IMG/VR virus record: IMGVR_UViG_2645727545_000002
Coordinates: 64,001 to 128,000 of that record
Source: a virus
Taxonomy: Duplodnaviria > Caudoviricetes
Length of the DNA stretch: 64,000 nt
Strand: one strand, 5' to 3'
The notes under the pieces were generated by a model that worked only from the letters and a program-made list of their open reading frames with translations, was not told where the DNA came from and ran no database searches. Every line of letters starts with the position of its first letter. The first letter of the stretch is position 1. Shown one piece after another: positions 29,306-41,978 of the stretch. A program made the position numbers and the translations under genes.

Positions 29306-31151
29306 ATGAATTTTAATAAACAACAAGAAGAAACTATTAACACAATAGAAGGAAACGTGGCAGTTATTGCATCTGCCGGTTCCGGGAAAACAACTGTTCT
29401 TACGAATAGAATCAAAAAAATGGTTGAAGAACATAATATATTACCATCTTCTATCCTGGCAATTACCTTTAGTAAAAAAGCAAAAGAGAATATAATCGAA
29501 AAACTAATGGGACTTAATATATCGAATGTATCTGTAGAAACTTTTCATTCATTTGCATTGAAGATCATCTCCTCTGTGTATGGAATCAAAAAATTTAAAA
29601 TATGGACAGCTTCATGGGAAAAAGAGAAAACAATAAAATGGATTTGTAGCGACTCTTTGTTACTTTGTGATTCTGATAATGTTCCATACAACGAAATTAC
29701 ATCGTTTATTGCATTGCAGAAAAATAACATGAAAACGCCAAATGATGATTTAATTTACACTCCTGATATCCCATTTAAAGAAGAGGATATGAGACAAATA
29801 TACAAAACTTATGAAGAGTATAAAGAAATCAATTCACTTATTGAGTTTGATGATTTTTTGAACATGGCAAATAAAATTTTTGATACTGATTATTATACTT
29901 TAGAAAAGTATCGAAATATTTTTCAGTATATATTAGTTGATGAATTTCAGGATATTTCAATTTCTCAAGCATTACTTTTAAGAAAATTAAACACAAAAAA
30001 CACAATGATCGTCGGAGATCCTCTTCAGGCTATTTATTCATTTAGAGGTGGTGATAGCAGATTTATTCTAAATTTTGATACTGATTATAAAGATGTAAAA
30101 GTTATTAATCTAAATACAAATTATAGATGTAGCAAAGATATTGTATTTACAGCAAATAAACTTGCGTTAAGTATTCCTGATTCTCAACACAAAAATTATG
30201 TAGAGAGTATTTCAAATAAAGAAAATTTTCAAATTCCTGAGTTAAGACATTTCCCTGATGATTATGAAGAATGTTTATGGGTTGCATCAAAAATAGGAGA
30301 ATTAAAATTTAAAGGATACGATTACAACGACATTGCCATCCTCGCCAGAACAAATGCTCAATTACAAAAACTAGAGTCAACGCTGCATGATGAAGATATA
30401 GCATTTGAAATTGTTGATGGTAAAACTTTTACAGAATTACCAGAGATCAAATTGATAATTTCTTACTTTAAACTTGCGTTAAACACAAATGATAATGAAT
30501 CGTTTTCTTATCTATACAATAAACCAAATCGATGGTTAGATAAAAAATTTTTAAAAAGAAGTAACAGATAACAGTTTTAAAAGAAATATATCATTATACA
30601 ATTCAATGTTCACGATTGATAGGAGAAATTGGAGATTCAAAAAAGGTATCGATGAAATCATTGAAGTAATAAATTATTTACAAAACAATCAGAATTCCAA
30701 CATTTCAGATTTGGTAAGATTTTTGAGAAACAGATTAGACATTGATAAATTTGTTACAAAAGGAAAGCAATCAGATGATGGAAGTTATATTGAACAAATC
30801 GACAACCTTAACAGTTTTGAAAATATTTGTTCCAAATACTCTTCCATTAAAGAATTTGTTTCATACATAGATGAGTTAAATACAGAAATGGAGAATAAAG
30901 ATAATGATAAAGTCAAATTACTTACAATTCATAAGTCAAAAGGTATGGAATATCCTGTCGTGTTTATCATTGGATGCAATGAAGAAATCCTGCCACACTA
31001 TAAGAATGAAAATGTTGATGATGAACGTAGGTTATTCTATGTCGCAATTACAAGAGCCGAAAAAGAATTATATCTATCATATGTTGATTTATATAATGGT
31101 CAAACAAAATTGATAAGCTCTTTTATTAAAGATGTTGAAAATACAAATTAA
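29306..31151 (+). CDS. UvrD/PcrA superfamily-1 helicase (frameshifted at ~30560)
   Basis: ASAGSGKT, VDEFQD, VGDPLQAIYSFRG, NYR, LTIHKSKGMEY and RLFYVAITRA. Confidence 0.95.
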
Positions 31152-31613
31152 AAATTATAAAAAACGAAAAAATAAGTGGTGAATAATAAGTAATCCTACT
31201 TTATGTATTTTGTTTCTAAATGGTGAATTAAAATATGTCCCACATTCAATAAACATCATTTAGGAATTTGTAACTTGAAAATCAAATTTCATTTCATTTA
31301 AAGAAAGGAGTTATGTGAATGAAAACATAATTATATTTTCTATCACATTAGAATTGCAGCGAAGATATCCCTAGAAAATATCTTCCATCGCACAAGTTTT
31401 TGTGGATGTTTCATCCACGGTTGGTTTGGATTATTGCGGTAAGTCAGAATCTAACGTTCCAGACTGCTGCTCTGATCCAAAAGAAATGATGCAATTAGTT
31501 AATAGTCAAATTTAAATAAAGAGAATAAATATATGAAACTTATAGTCATCACTCAATTAAAGGAGCGAGTCCAATGACAAACAAAAATTATGAAAACAGA
31601 GGAGATTTAATTT

Positions 31614-31841
31614 ATGAAAACAAGTACATATGTAACACCAGGAAGCCATAATCTTCAGATTCCAAATCGGAGCGAATTACACAAGTATCTAATTGAAAAC
31701 ATTACAGTTGGTGATTTTAGTACAGGTGGTTGTGCAGATGGTGGAACAAAAATTAAGAAAATTGCACACGCAATCAATTGGTCAAAGGCTATGCATAATA
31801 AATACTATATTAAGAAATTTTCAGAAGAAAATAGAAAATAA
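31614..31841 (+). CDS. Hypothetical protein
   Basis: GAGGAG SD; 75 aa. Confidence 0.5.
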   Translation: MKTSTYVTPGSHNLQIPNRSELHKYLIENITVGDFSTGGCADGGTKIKKIAHAINWSKAMHNKYYIKKFSEENRK

Positions 31842-31863
31842 GTTTGAAAGTGAGGTCATTACT

Positions 31864-32980
31864 ATTTTAACTTGTAAATTAGGAAACGAAATCATCAATT
31901 GTTATGATGGAACACATGATAAGGAGCAGCTAAAAAAGTGGGCAGAAAAGAAAATTCTACTTTGTACTGTTTGCAATAAACCATACGAATACTGTCATGG
32001 TAAAATCAAAACACCATATTTTAGACATATGGAAAAGATGTCGTGTGATTATCAATATAATGAACCTGAAACCGAAGAGCATTTAAAAGGAAAACGAGAT
32101 CTATTTGAATGGATTAAAAAACAGCCAAAACGTTAAAAATGCAGTTTTGGAAGGTTGGATACCAGAAACAAAACAACGACCAGACATTATGTTTGAATAT
32201 AAAAATAAGCAATATGTAATTGAATATCAATGTTCTCCTATTGCAACAGAATATACAGAAAGACACGAATTATATAAAGCTGTAGGTATACATGACATAT
32301 GGATTTGTGGAACACAGAAATATCTACAACAAAATATGAGAAAGAAATTTTTAGAAAATGTAGCATATGCTTTTTATTCATCTGAAAATCAGATTGTTTT
32401 CCCAATAGAACATAATCATTTATTTGGGAGAACTTGTTTGATAAAAAATGAATTGAGAGTAAATCATAATTATTTTTATGGTCTTTCGCTGGGCGAATTT
32501 TCATTTGATTATGAAATATTTAATAAAAAGTTTGGAAAACCTAATGAAGTTATTAAAAAAATGGAATATAGAAAAAATATAAGAAAAAATGCTTCATTTA
32601 AAAAAGAACAAGATTATTATTTATTTTTACAAAACAAAAAACTAAACCGGGATTTAGATACTAAGTTATATCAATTATCTAATAACAACTGGAAGTTCTA
32701 TATAATGACAAATTATAGTAAGTATAAATCTTTTGAATATATACTTGCAGAACCAGTGGTGTCGTATAACATACATAAATATGATTTCCATACAAAATTC
32801 AGAAATAAGAAATACAAGAAAATTATGATTAGTAAAATGGATTATAGTGAATACAAAAGATGTTGTCGTGATATTGAATATTTGAAGCGAATATTATATG
32901 AAATGATGATAGAAAACAAAAGACAGTTAATGAAATATACAAGTGAAAATATTAGATTTTTGGAGGTATTGGATAATTGA
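31864..32980 (+). CDS. Competence CoiA-like nuclease (frameshifted; probable ATT start)
   Basis: LLCTVC...PYFRH, PETEEHLKGK, QRPDI...IEYQCSP. Confidence 0.8.
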
Positions 32981-35900
32981 GTAAACATTTAACATCACAA
33001 AGATACGTTTTTAAAATACATTCTTCTCGTCTTAGAAGAGCAAAATGGGATTTGCAGCTATCAATAAAACAAGCACGAGAAAACAAGGAATTAATCGCAT
33101 TAAGCGAAAGTCAAATGATGAGATTTATAGATGAATTGAATGGAATAACAAATCCTGAATTACATATTTCAGATATAAAATCTAAAATTAAAAATTTGAA
33201 ATATGAAAAGAATTTATCTGTATCAAGACCAAAAATTAAAAAACTGTATGAAGAATTAGATACTTATCAATTTAAAAAAGATTATGTATGTGTTGTTATA
33301 GATAATAATAAAGACTATTACAAAATGTACAAACACGGTTTTAAAAATAAATAAAATTACATACAGACGATTACTTGGAACTACTGGTGGAGTTAAAAAT
33401 AATACAATTGTTTTTGTAAACGAAAAATTATTACCAGAATTAAAAAGAAGAATTGACAATGGAAGAGATAAAACTAAAGAGTTTCTCCGGCAAAATTAGA
33501 AGCATATAACGCATTAGTCTGCAGTTCTTCTACTCCTGTTTCATATCCAAATGGTGTTGTTGTTGTACATGACTGCATTACACACTTCAAATCTGACATT
33601 ATCGAGTTAGACGATACAAATCTTGAAGAACCAAGCATGAAATATATTAAAAATAAAGAAATGGAATTAAATGACAGTGATGGGTATGGATTAGCAATGC
33701 CGCAGCTCATGAAAAGATGGGGAGAAGAAATTGGAGAAGATTTTTTGTTGCCTGGATGCGTGATAAGAAATTCATTTTGTAAAGGGGCAGTTTTTCCTAT
33801 CGATTTTCAAAAATTCGCCAGTGATAATAATATAGATTCGATAACTGATGTTTGGGGGGATACTCATAATATAAATGATATAGAGCTAATACTGACAGAA
33901 TCAATGTTAAAATTGTGGGACTCGTATTCATCCATTGAAGATTATTTAGAAAACTGCGAAAAAAATCATTATAGCTTTTCTATTACAAAGAATTCCGAAA
34001 AAGAATTAGAAAATATTAGAACAATGAACTATCAGTTTCTCCAAAGTTATGATTTTAATGAGGAAGAAATCGATGAGCTTATTGAACCCACTGTTTCAGA
34101 AATATGTGATATTTTGTCAGATGATTATAGGAAAACTATTTTATATACAAAAGGTATTGGATTAAATAGTGATACCGTTCAGAATTTAGACAATTCGTTT
34201 TCAACAGCATTGATGATTGAGCCGGAAATGAAAAATGATCCATTTATCAAATCACAAATTTATTCTATGATTAGAAAACGAATTGATGATGCAAAAGTTG
34301 GCGTTTTAAATGTCCCGGCTAATTACTCTTTGGTTTCCGGAGACCCTTACTCATTATGTCAATCTATGTTTGGATTGAAGGTCACAGGATTGTTAAAGTC
34401 CGGAGAAATTTATTCGAAATACTGGATTGATAAAGGGGTAGACCAGATTGTAAGTTTTAGAGCGCCAATGACCTCTCATAATAATATTAGAAAACTAAAT
34501 GTGGTTCATAACGAAAAGATGGACGAGTTCTATAAATATATGACAACGCCAACAATATTCAATAGTTGGGATACATGTGCAGATGCTATGAACGGCTTCG
34601 ATAAGGATGGCGACTGTGTAATCAATACTTCTCTCCCGCTGCTTGTTAAAAAAACACAAGAATTACCAGCGGTGGTATGTGTGCAGCGGAAAGCACCAAA
34701 ATGTATTCCCACAGAAGACGATATCATGAAGTCTAACATCAATAGTTTTGGAAATGCAGTTGGTGCCGTTACAAATAAAATTACATCCATGTTTGAAGTT
34801 CAAGCAAATTTCCCAAAAGATAGTCGTGAATATAGAATTCTAGATTATCGTATTAAATGTGGACAATTATACCAGCAGAACTCGATCGATTAACTTTAGT
34901 CGCTTTACACAGCGATGTGTATCGAATAACAAGGTGAACTTATAAATATAAGGTGTACATTACACGTATAGGAATTACAGGAAATGGTAATTAGGTAATG
35001 TGCTAACTGGAGAAGTCTAAGTATATAACAATAAAATATGCGTAAAAAATTTAAAAGAAAGAATGTGATTATATAAGTTTATATAACAATTATGGAATTT
35101 ATGGAATAAGAAATAAAATCAATAACAAGATTTATGTTGGAAAAACAGAAATGAATTTTGGCGACAGAAAAGATTGTCATTTTGCAAGTCTTCGTGGTGG
35201 ATATCATATAAATCCGCATTTGCAAAAATCATTCAATAAATACGGAGAAGATAATTTTGAATTTATTGTATTGTATCAATGTAATAACAATGAAGATAGT
35301 AATATGGTCAATGAATTAGAGAAAAAATATATCAAGTTATATAAGGACAAAGAACTTGCTTATAATATTGGAGATGGTGGTGACGGTGGACATAATTTAG
35401 GAAAGCATTTGTCAGAAGAAACCAAAAGAAAAATTGGAGACAAAAATAGAATCAACATGACTGGTCGTAAAGCCACTATTGAAACTAAGAAAAAAATGTC
35501 AGAAGCTCAAAAAAACGTTTTGATAGAATGTCTGATGAAGAACTCAAGGAATATGGGAAACGAATTTCTCAATATGCTTCAGGATATAAATGGTCAGAAG
35601 AGTCAAAAGAAAAATTTTCAAAAATTCAGCAATCTAAACCTAACGGCGCAAAATATGATGTGGAAACAGTAAAAAAGATAAGACATTTGCACGAAGACAA
35701 GAATTTGACTTATACAGAAATCGCAAAATTATTAAATATGCACAGACATACTGTGTATTTAATCGCTACATATAGAAGATGGAAATACGCATAACCCATC
35801 ACACTGTTATATATATGATGATCCAGTGCCAAGCTAAAGCAGCAATGCTTTAGAAGGTCAAACGAGCAAGACATACAATCTCTACGAGATTATGAAGTCT

Positions 35901-36870
35901 GTATGATTAAGGTGGAACTCCTTGATCAGAAGTGCCTTGCCCTCATTTTAAATGAGGTGATGATGTGCTCTACTCCCTAATAAATATCGGGAAACCGAGG
36001 GTATTAAGGAAAACTAAAGGGATTGAGTCAAAACCTATGCCGAGCGAGTGGTATAATTGGATTGCAAATAAAATTTCAAACGGAAAGAGTTCTTCTGAGA
36101 AGAAGAAATACTGGATGAATAGAAAACTTGTTGCGGATAAAAAACCGTATTTTATGCAATACATTTATCCTGCAGAAAAAACAAAGATGTTAGAGTATAT
36201 TAAGCGTAATAATGAAAAATGTATTATGAAGTTTAGAATCACACTTGATGAGCTTTTAGAAAAAGAAACTTTGACACTTGATGAGGAGAAGTTTATACAA
36301 TGTTATTACAAAAGAATGCCTTTAGGAATGTCTCCTTGTACTATTAACAAAATATGTTGGGCTATTGAAAACAAATTTTCTGATTTAAAATACGTCAATG
36401 ATTCTGATTTTGACTACTCTATTATGAAATGCAATGTTGTCTATTCTAAGCAGTTGTTTAATAAAATTAAAAAGATTTATGAAAGTTATAAAAAAGAACT
36501 TTCAAACTATATGCAGTTTGCAAAATCTGAAAGAATAAAATCAGACGAAAGACAGATTCAAAAATATACATTAAAAGAAGATTTTAAACGGCGGTGCTTA
36601 GAACAGTGCCCCAATGAAGAATATTTATGCGATATTGTTTTAGATCTATGTTATTCAAAAAGTAAATCTAGCAAGCAATTTGCATGGGATATATGTGGAG
36701 ATATGATTATCTCAAATCTTCTTAAAAGGAATAATTACAAGGTTACTTATCCAACGCAAGACATAAATGGCGATATTGATTTTGCAGGGAAAAAGTTTTC
36801 ACTAGAAACAACAGAAATTAAATTTGATATGGGTATTAAAGACGAGGAGGACGATGAATGGTTGTACTAA
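32977..36870 (+). CDS. yonO: YonO-like single-subunit RNA polymerase; exons ~32977-34890 and 36010-36870
   Basis: SDGYG, FCKGAV, FRAP and catalytic DKDGD motifs; splicing joins QQNSID|KTKGI; SPbeta-like synteny with YonK/YonJ/HU homologues. Confidence 0.85.
34891..36009 (+). ncRNA. Group I intron in the RNA polymerase gene
   Basis: P1 CGAT|TA pairs with TAGTCG giving U.G at 34890; guide CTTTAGT pairs with 3' exon ACTAAAG (P10); P7 GAGCA/TGCTC; terminal G36009. Confidence 0.88.
35073..35794 (+). CDS. Intron-encoded GIY-YIG homing endonuclease with NUMOD3 repeats (frameshifted)
   Basis: YGIYGIRNKINNKIYVGKT upstream of the first ATG; HLSEETKRKI repeats. Confidence 0.85.
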
Positions 36871-37618
36871 ATGAGACAAAAGAAGCAGAAAGACTTATTT
36901 CTGAAGGGGAGGTTGGCAACAAGCCAACTTCTACCCTATTTCTATTATCTAGGTATTATAGACAAAAAGTAAATTTAAATAAACAAGACACTATTTGTAA
37001 ATTAAATGATTTTATGGGCAAACATTATAAAAATTATAATGCTGCTTTATGGGAAGATGTTATTGAAAATACTGTAAATAAAGCACACAAATATCCATTG
37101 AGAGAAATAGAATGTATTGAAATATTTCAATCTGAATTAGACACAATTTCAAGAGTTAACACTACGAAATATAGAAAGCTTTTATTTGTAATGTTATGTT
37201 TCGCGAATTATACAACACATTATCTGAAACAAATAATGGATGGATTAATACGGATATAAAAGAAATATATAAAATTTCTAGAGTACATGTAAAACATAGG
37301 AATGATAAATTTTTATATTTGAACGATTTGGAACAATTGGGACTAATCTCTTTTTCAAATAAAAATGACAACCTGAATCTAAAAGTAAATTTTGTTAATA
37401 AAACTGGTGAAACTGCTTTAAAAATAACCGATTTTCGTGAATTAGGATATGAGTATTTAAATTTTGTTGGGGAAGGAAAATTTGAAAGGTGTAAACGATG
37501 CGGGAAATTATTCAAAAAGAATAGCAACAATATGAACTATTGTAATGACTGTCAAAAAGAAATTACAAAAGAAAAAACAAGAATTAGAGTGAAAAAGTAT
37601 AGAGAAAACAACATGTAA
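36858..37618 (+). CDS. Hypothetical protein downstream of the RNA polymerase, C-terminal zinc ribbon (frameshifted)
   Basis: GAGGAGG SD; CKRCG...YCNDC. Confidence 0.7.
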
Positions 37619-37698
37619 CGATTCAGAAAACCCTTGAAACCCTTGTAAACACTGGGTTTCTGGGCATCATGCCCGTTTTTCTTTATATGTAGATAATA

Positions 37699-38303
37699 TA
37701 AGCACTTGCTTATAAATACAAATAACTCAGTGCAGATTGGCTTGTCACCATGCTGAGAATATATGAATAGTGAGTTACGGTATAATGCGATAGTTTTATA
37801 CTGCAGCTTCTGGAATGATGTGAATCATAAACAGAAAGACGGAAACTGTCAAAACTAAATATATGTACAATAATATATTGCCGTAAAACGCAATTGCCAG
37901 ATCGCTGACATAATAGACGACTCCAGTGGAGTAATAATCGTGATGCCTGTATCGGTGGAATGTTACAGAGAGATAAGTAGCGAAAATCCAAATAAGTCAG
38001 TTGCGTCGTTGATCGGAAGAAATTCCAGTATAAGATCTGTCGAATGTACGAGTAGCCCAAAGTGACGTGAGATTAATACATAAAGAACAAAAAAATTAAA
38101 TCTTATTATGAATTTTCTTAATACGCTGAATGACATGGGTGAAAGTTTCTCGTAATCAGTCGAGGCTACAATTGCTGTTTATCAGATGTAAAGGAAGTCT
38201 AAGGGTAGCTCCTTATTCTCAGCCTTTACAAGTAGTGGCGGAATATTATGACGATATATTTGAGTAGGAAGAAGTTCCATTTGTATTTATAATCAAGTGC
38301 TTA
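37699..38303 (+). ncRNA. Large structured RNA, probably ROOL
   Basis: 25-bp terminal helix (37699-37723 with 38279-38303, one mismatch) enclosing ~605 nt with no credible ORF; internal GCTGAATG..GTGAAAG; adjacent to tRNAs. Confidence 0.7.
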
Positions 38304-38394
38304 TGCGCGCACTTGACGATTTCTAATCTCCTTTTCAGTTAGTAATAGCATTGCTGTTCTGGTAGTGCTGTTGCTAACATCTTAGGAGTATTTT

Positions 38395-38466
38395 AGCCCC
38401 ATCGCCAAGCGGTAAGGCACAGGACTTTGACTCCTGCATTCAGTAGTTCGAATCTACTTGGGGCTG
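38395..38466 (+). tRNA. tRNA-Gln(UUG)
   Basis: AGCCCCA/TGGGGCT acceptor stem, CTTTGAC anticodon loop, TTCGAAT T-loop. Confidence 0.9.
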
Positions 38467-38650
38467 CTATCATCCGAAGTGTTGCGCTGACCGTCAATCA
38501 GTGGCGCATAAAAACCTATCCCAGTATAAATCCAGGTGACACTGGCTTATATGAAGATACGCTCTAGGTTTACTACGTTTTATATAACTATTCACATAAC
38601 AATTATTTTGTCGTCCTTGTGGATGGGTGTTTTGGACGAGCAAACAATAA

Positions 38651-38741
38651 GCTGCATTAATCCTCTGTGGTAAGGGGTCGATCTTGAAAAATCGATAGTA
38701 GCCGCTTATGCGGTGTCTAAGTTCAAATCTTAGGTGCAGCG
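38651..38741 (+). tRNA. tRNA-Ser(UGA)-like, long variable arm, 8-nt anticodon loop as read
   Basis: GCTGCAT/GTGCAGC acceptor; TCGAT-CTTGAAAA-ATCGA; TTCAAAT T-loop. Confidence 0.7.
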
Positions 38742-38746
38742 TTATA

Positions 38747-38821
38747 TGCAGGCGAGTGGAACGGATTACTACGTCAGACCCATAATCTGAAAATACTGGG
38801 TTCGACTCCCAGGCTCTGCAA
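38747..38821 (+). tRNA. tRNA with CAU anticodon (Met/fMet-like, divergent)
   Basis: TCAGA-CCCATAA-TCTGA; CTGGG-TTCGACT-CCCAG; bulged acceptor stem. Confidence 0.7.
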
Positions 38822-39111
38822 TACTCTCCCACTGTGGAGAAATATACAACGAAAGGAATGTTTTATCATAGTTCTTATTACAGACAAAGAATGTAAATTT
38901 TGTTAAGCAAAGGATGGAAATGGAGAGATCATATTCATCGCACTGTATCCGGAGCAAACAAAAATATGCAACAGAAAATTATCGATTGATGCAAGATTTA
39001 GAAAATTTTAGATCACAGTCGATTAAAGAAACAACACATACAAAGAAACATACAAACAGAAAACGTAAAAATAACTAGAATTAAAACTAGAAGGAAAGGT
39101 GGTTTTTTACA

Positions 39112-40545
39112 ATCGCCAAGAAGAAAAAAGATTTTATTAAAATTTCTTTTATAGACTCCCCATCATCAGAAGATGTAACAGGAAGTCTCATTTACATTTC
39201 TACACCAAATCATAAATTCCTCGTTGATGCCGGGCTTTATCAAACAAATGATAGATATGAGGATTTCTTGGTAAACAATCGCAAATATAAAGAATTCAAA
39301 CCAAAAGAATTGGATTATGTATTTATCACTCATAATCATGGAGATCATTGTTTGTTGCTTCCTAAATTGTTTAAAGATGGATGCAAAGCAAATGTAATTA
39401 TTGCAGATGGCTCTGCAGAAGTTTTAAAAGATATGGCTGAAGATTGTGCAGAAATAAACGAACGCGATGTAATAATTATCAATAATCAGCACGATAAGCA
39501 TTATGAATCTTTATATGATCTAACGATGTTCATAATATGATAAACCATACTGTAGAATTCCCAATGGAAGAAAAATTAAAATTGATGATGAATTATCATT
39601 TGAATTAATTCCAAGTGGTCATTTACTTGGAAGCTGTCAAGTGATGTTATATCTTACAGTTAACAATGTAACTAAAACAGTTTTAATAACTGGAGATATA
39701 GGAAATAAAATTGTTGGAAATCGATTTGTTGGAGAATACAAGCAAGTCAAAAATGCTGATTATGTTATTGCAGAATCTACTTATGGAGATAAACCAGATA
39801 TTAAAACTGGTCGAAAAGAAAAGAAAAAACGATTTAGAAAAGTTTAAATCAATTATTGATACACAGATTCATGATTTAAAAGGTCGTGTGATTATACCAA
39901 GTTTTGCACAGTCTCGCAGTGCTCAACTTGTGCTTATGGTTTATCAATTATATAAAGATAGTGATTGGAAACCGAAAGTGTACATCGATTCACCATTAGC
40001 AATTAAATTGTTTAAGGATTATGAAAACTGTCTGGATGGAAAAGATAAAGAAGACTTCGATGAAATGCTGCATAGTGGAATGTTTCATTTTGTAAAAGAA
40101 CCTGTGGATAGCAAAACACTTGTAGCAAGCAATGAACCATGTCTGATAATCTCAACGAGTGGTATGTGTCAAGTCGGTCGCATTCGCCACCATTTAAAAA
40201 AATGTGTAATTGATCCAAATGCAACTGTTCTGTTTGTAGGATTTAGTACAGATGGAAGTTTAGCTTCTTTACTTAAAGATAATAAACGAAAAACAATTAC
40301 AATTGATCAAAAAGAATATCCTTGTAGATGTGCATCGTATTCATTGAAATCTATGAGCGGACATGCTCCGTTCAATCAACTTGTTGAGAATTATACAGAA
40401 ATAAATAGTCAGAAAATAATTCTACATCACGGTTCAAAAAAGGCAAAAGAAATTTTAAAACAAAACTTTAGAAAAAGAATATGAAAAGAAATGTAAATCA
40501 ACTCGTGTTGTAATTGCAAATTCGAGTCTAAAAATTACGATATAA
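39112..40545 (+). CDS. Metallo-beta-lactamase/beta-CASP ribonuclease (several frameshifts; probable ATC start)
   Basis: VTGS, LVDAG, THNHGDH, GHLLGS, TGDIG, ESTYG, SGM..GRI and MSGHA motifs. Confidence 0.85.
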
Positions 40546-40562
40546 GTATAAATCAGGAAAAT

Positions 40563-40763
40563 ATGAACGATAATAGAAGATTTGATAAAGAATACTCAAC
40601 TCAATATACTCCAGAAATGAAGTATCTTCTATCAAAGGGGATTAAGTATTCTTTTGTAAAAGACGTTTATGGAGTAACAACATATAAGTATAAAAAGACA
40701 TCAGAGTTATTTAAAGCACTGATGTCTTTTATATGGAGAATAAGTAGACATGCGAAAGGATAG
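40563..40763 (+). CDS. Small DUF5659-like protein (paralogue of 63785-63958)
   Basis: FDKEY.T....E.KYL...GIKY.FVK...GVT.YKYKKT.EL shared with the last ORF in the window. Confidence 0.65.
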   Translation: MNDNRRFDKEYSTQYTPEMKYLLSKGIKYSFVKDVYGVTTYKYKKTSELFKALMSFIWRISRHAKG

Positions 40764-40780
40764 ACAATAGGTGATAATAA

Positions 40781-41901
40781 ATGATATATAAAGAAATTGT
40801 AAATGTAAAGATATGTCATCAGAATTATAAACATTATGAAAACAAGGGGTATTTTGTAAATAGGATATACGACATTAAAAATAGACCAAGTGTTCCAGAA
40901 CAATATATAGATGTGAATTGGGAAGATATCCCACATAGTAGTAAAGAAAAGATATTATTAAAATGTGATATTTGTGGAAAGATATTTGAAAGAAAAATTT
41001 TAGATTATTATCATTCGCATAAAAGCAATGATATAGATACTTGTTGTAAAAAATGCCAATATATAAAATCTAATAAAACAAAAATAGAAAAATATGGGAC
41101 TACTAATCCGGCTGAAATTGCAAAACAAATAAATGGAACATAGGTCGTTCATTAAAATATGGAAGACAAGATATTGAAGACATGTGTAAAAATAAGGATT
41201 ATAAAATATTTAAAAAAAATAATGATGTGCGATATACCGTAAAATCAAAAATTAAATTATTTTGCACAATACATAACTGCGAGTTCGAAACTTCTGTCGA
41301 ATGTTTAATGAATAAAAATAGAACGAATTGCCCTATGTGCAATGGTGAAAAAATTTCTAAAAGACAGTCTAAATCTACGATTGAAGAAGTAAAGAAAATA
41401 TGTGACGAAAAAGGTTATACTCTATTAACTGATCATATTAGTAATTGCGATGATAGAATAGAATATATTTGTAACAAACATAAAGATTATGGAGCTCAAA
41501 AAACTTCTTTATATGGATTAAGGAAGTACTCCAATAATTGCAGAATGTGTAGAATTCCTAAAAATGAAAACCATTGGCATTGGAATGGAGGAATTTCTTC
41601 TGATCGAGACAGAATAAAAAATACTCCTCAGTATAAAAAATGGATTAAAGATGTGTTTGAAAGAGATGATTATACTTGTCAATGCTGTGGAAAAAAGGGG
41701 ACTTATCTTGAAGCGCACCATTTGTATAATTTTTCAGAGTATCCAGAATTAAGAATGGACGTAGACAATGGCATAACATTATGTCATGAATGTCATTCGA
41801 TATCTGTCCCAACAAGCTTTCATGGTGTATATACACAATTTCATAATACTCCAGAACAACTATTTGAATACATAGAAAATTATAAAAATGAAAAAATGTA
41901 G
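40781..41901 (+). CDS. HNH endonuclease with zinc ribbons (frameshifted)
   Basis: VFERDDYTCQCCG...LEAHH...NGITLCHECH. Confidence 0.85.
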
Positions 41902-41978
41902 TTAAAATAAATAGAAAATAAAATTGTAATTTTTAGGAAGATGAATATTATAGATTAGACTTATTGCAGGTAACGCAT

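Noticed and set aside
37710-38957. Minus-strand ORFs over the ROOL-like RNA and tRNAs
   Set aside because: They are antisense to structured RNA genes and show no coding signal.
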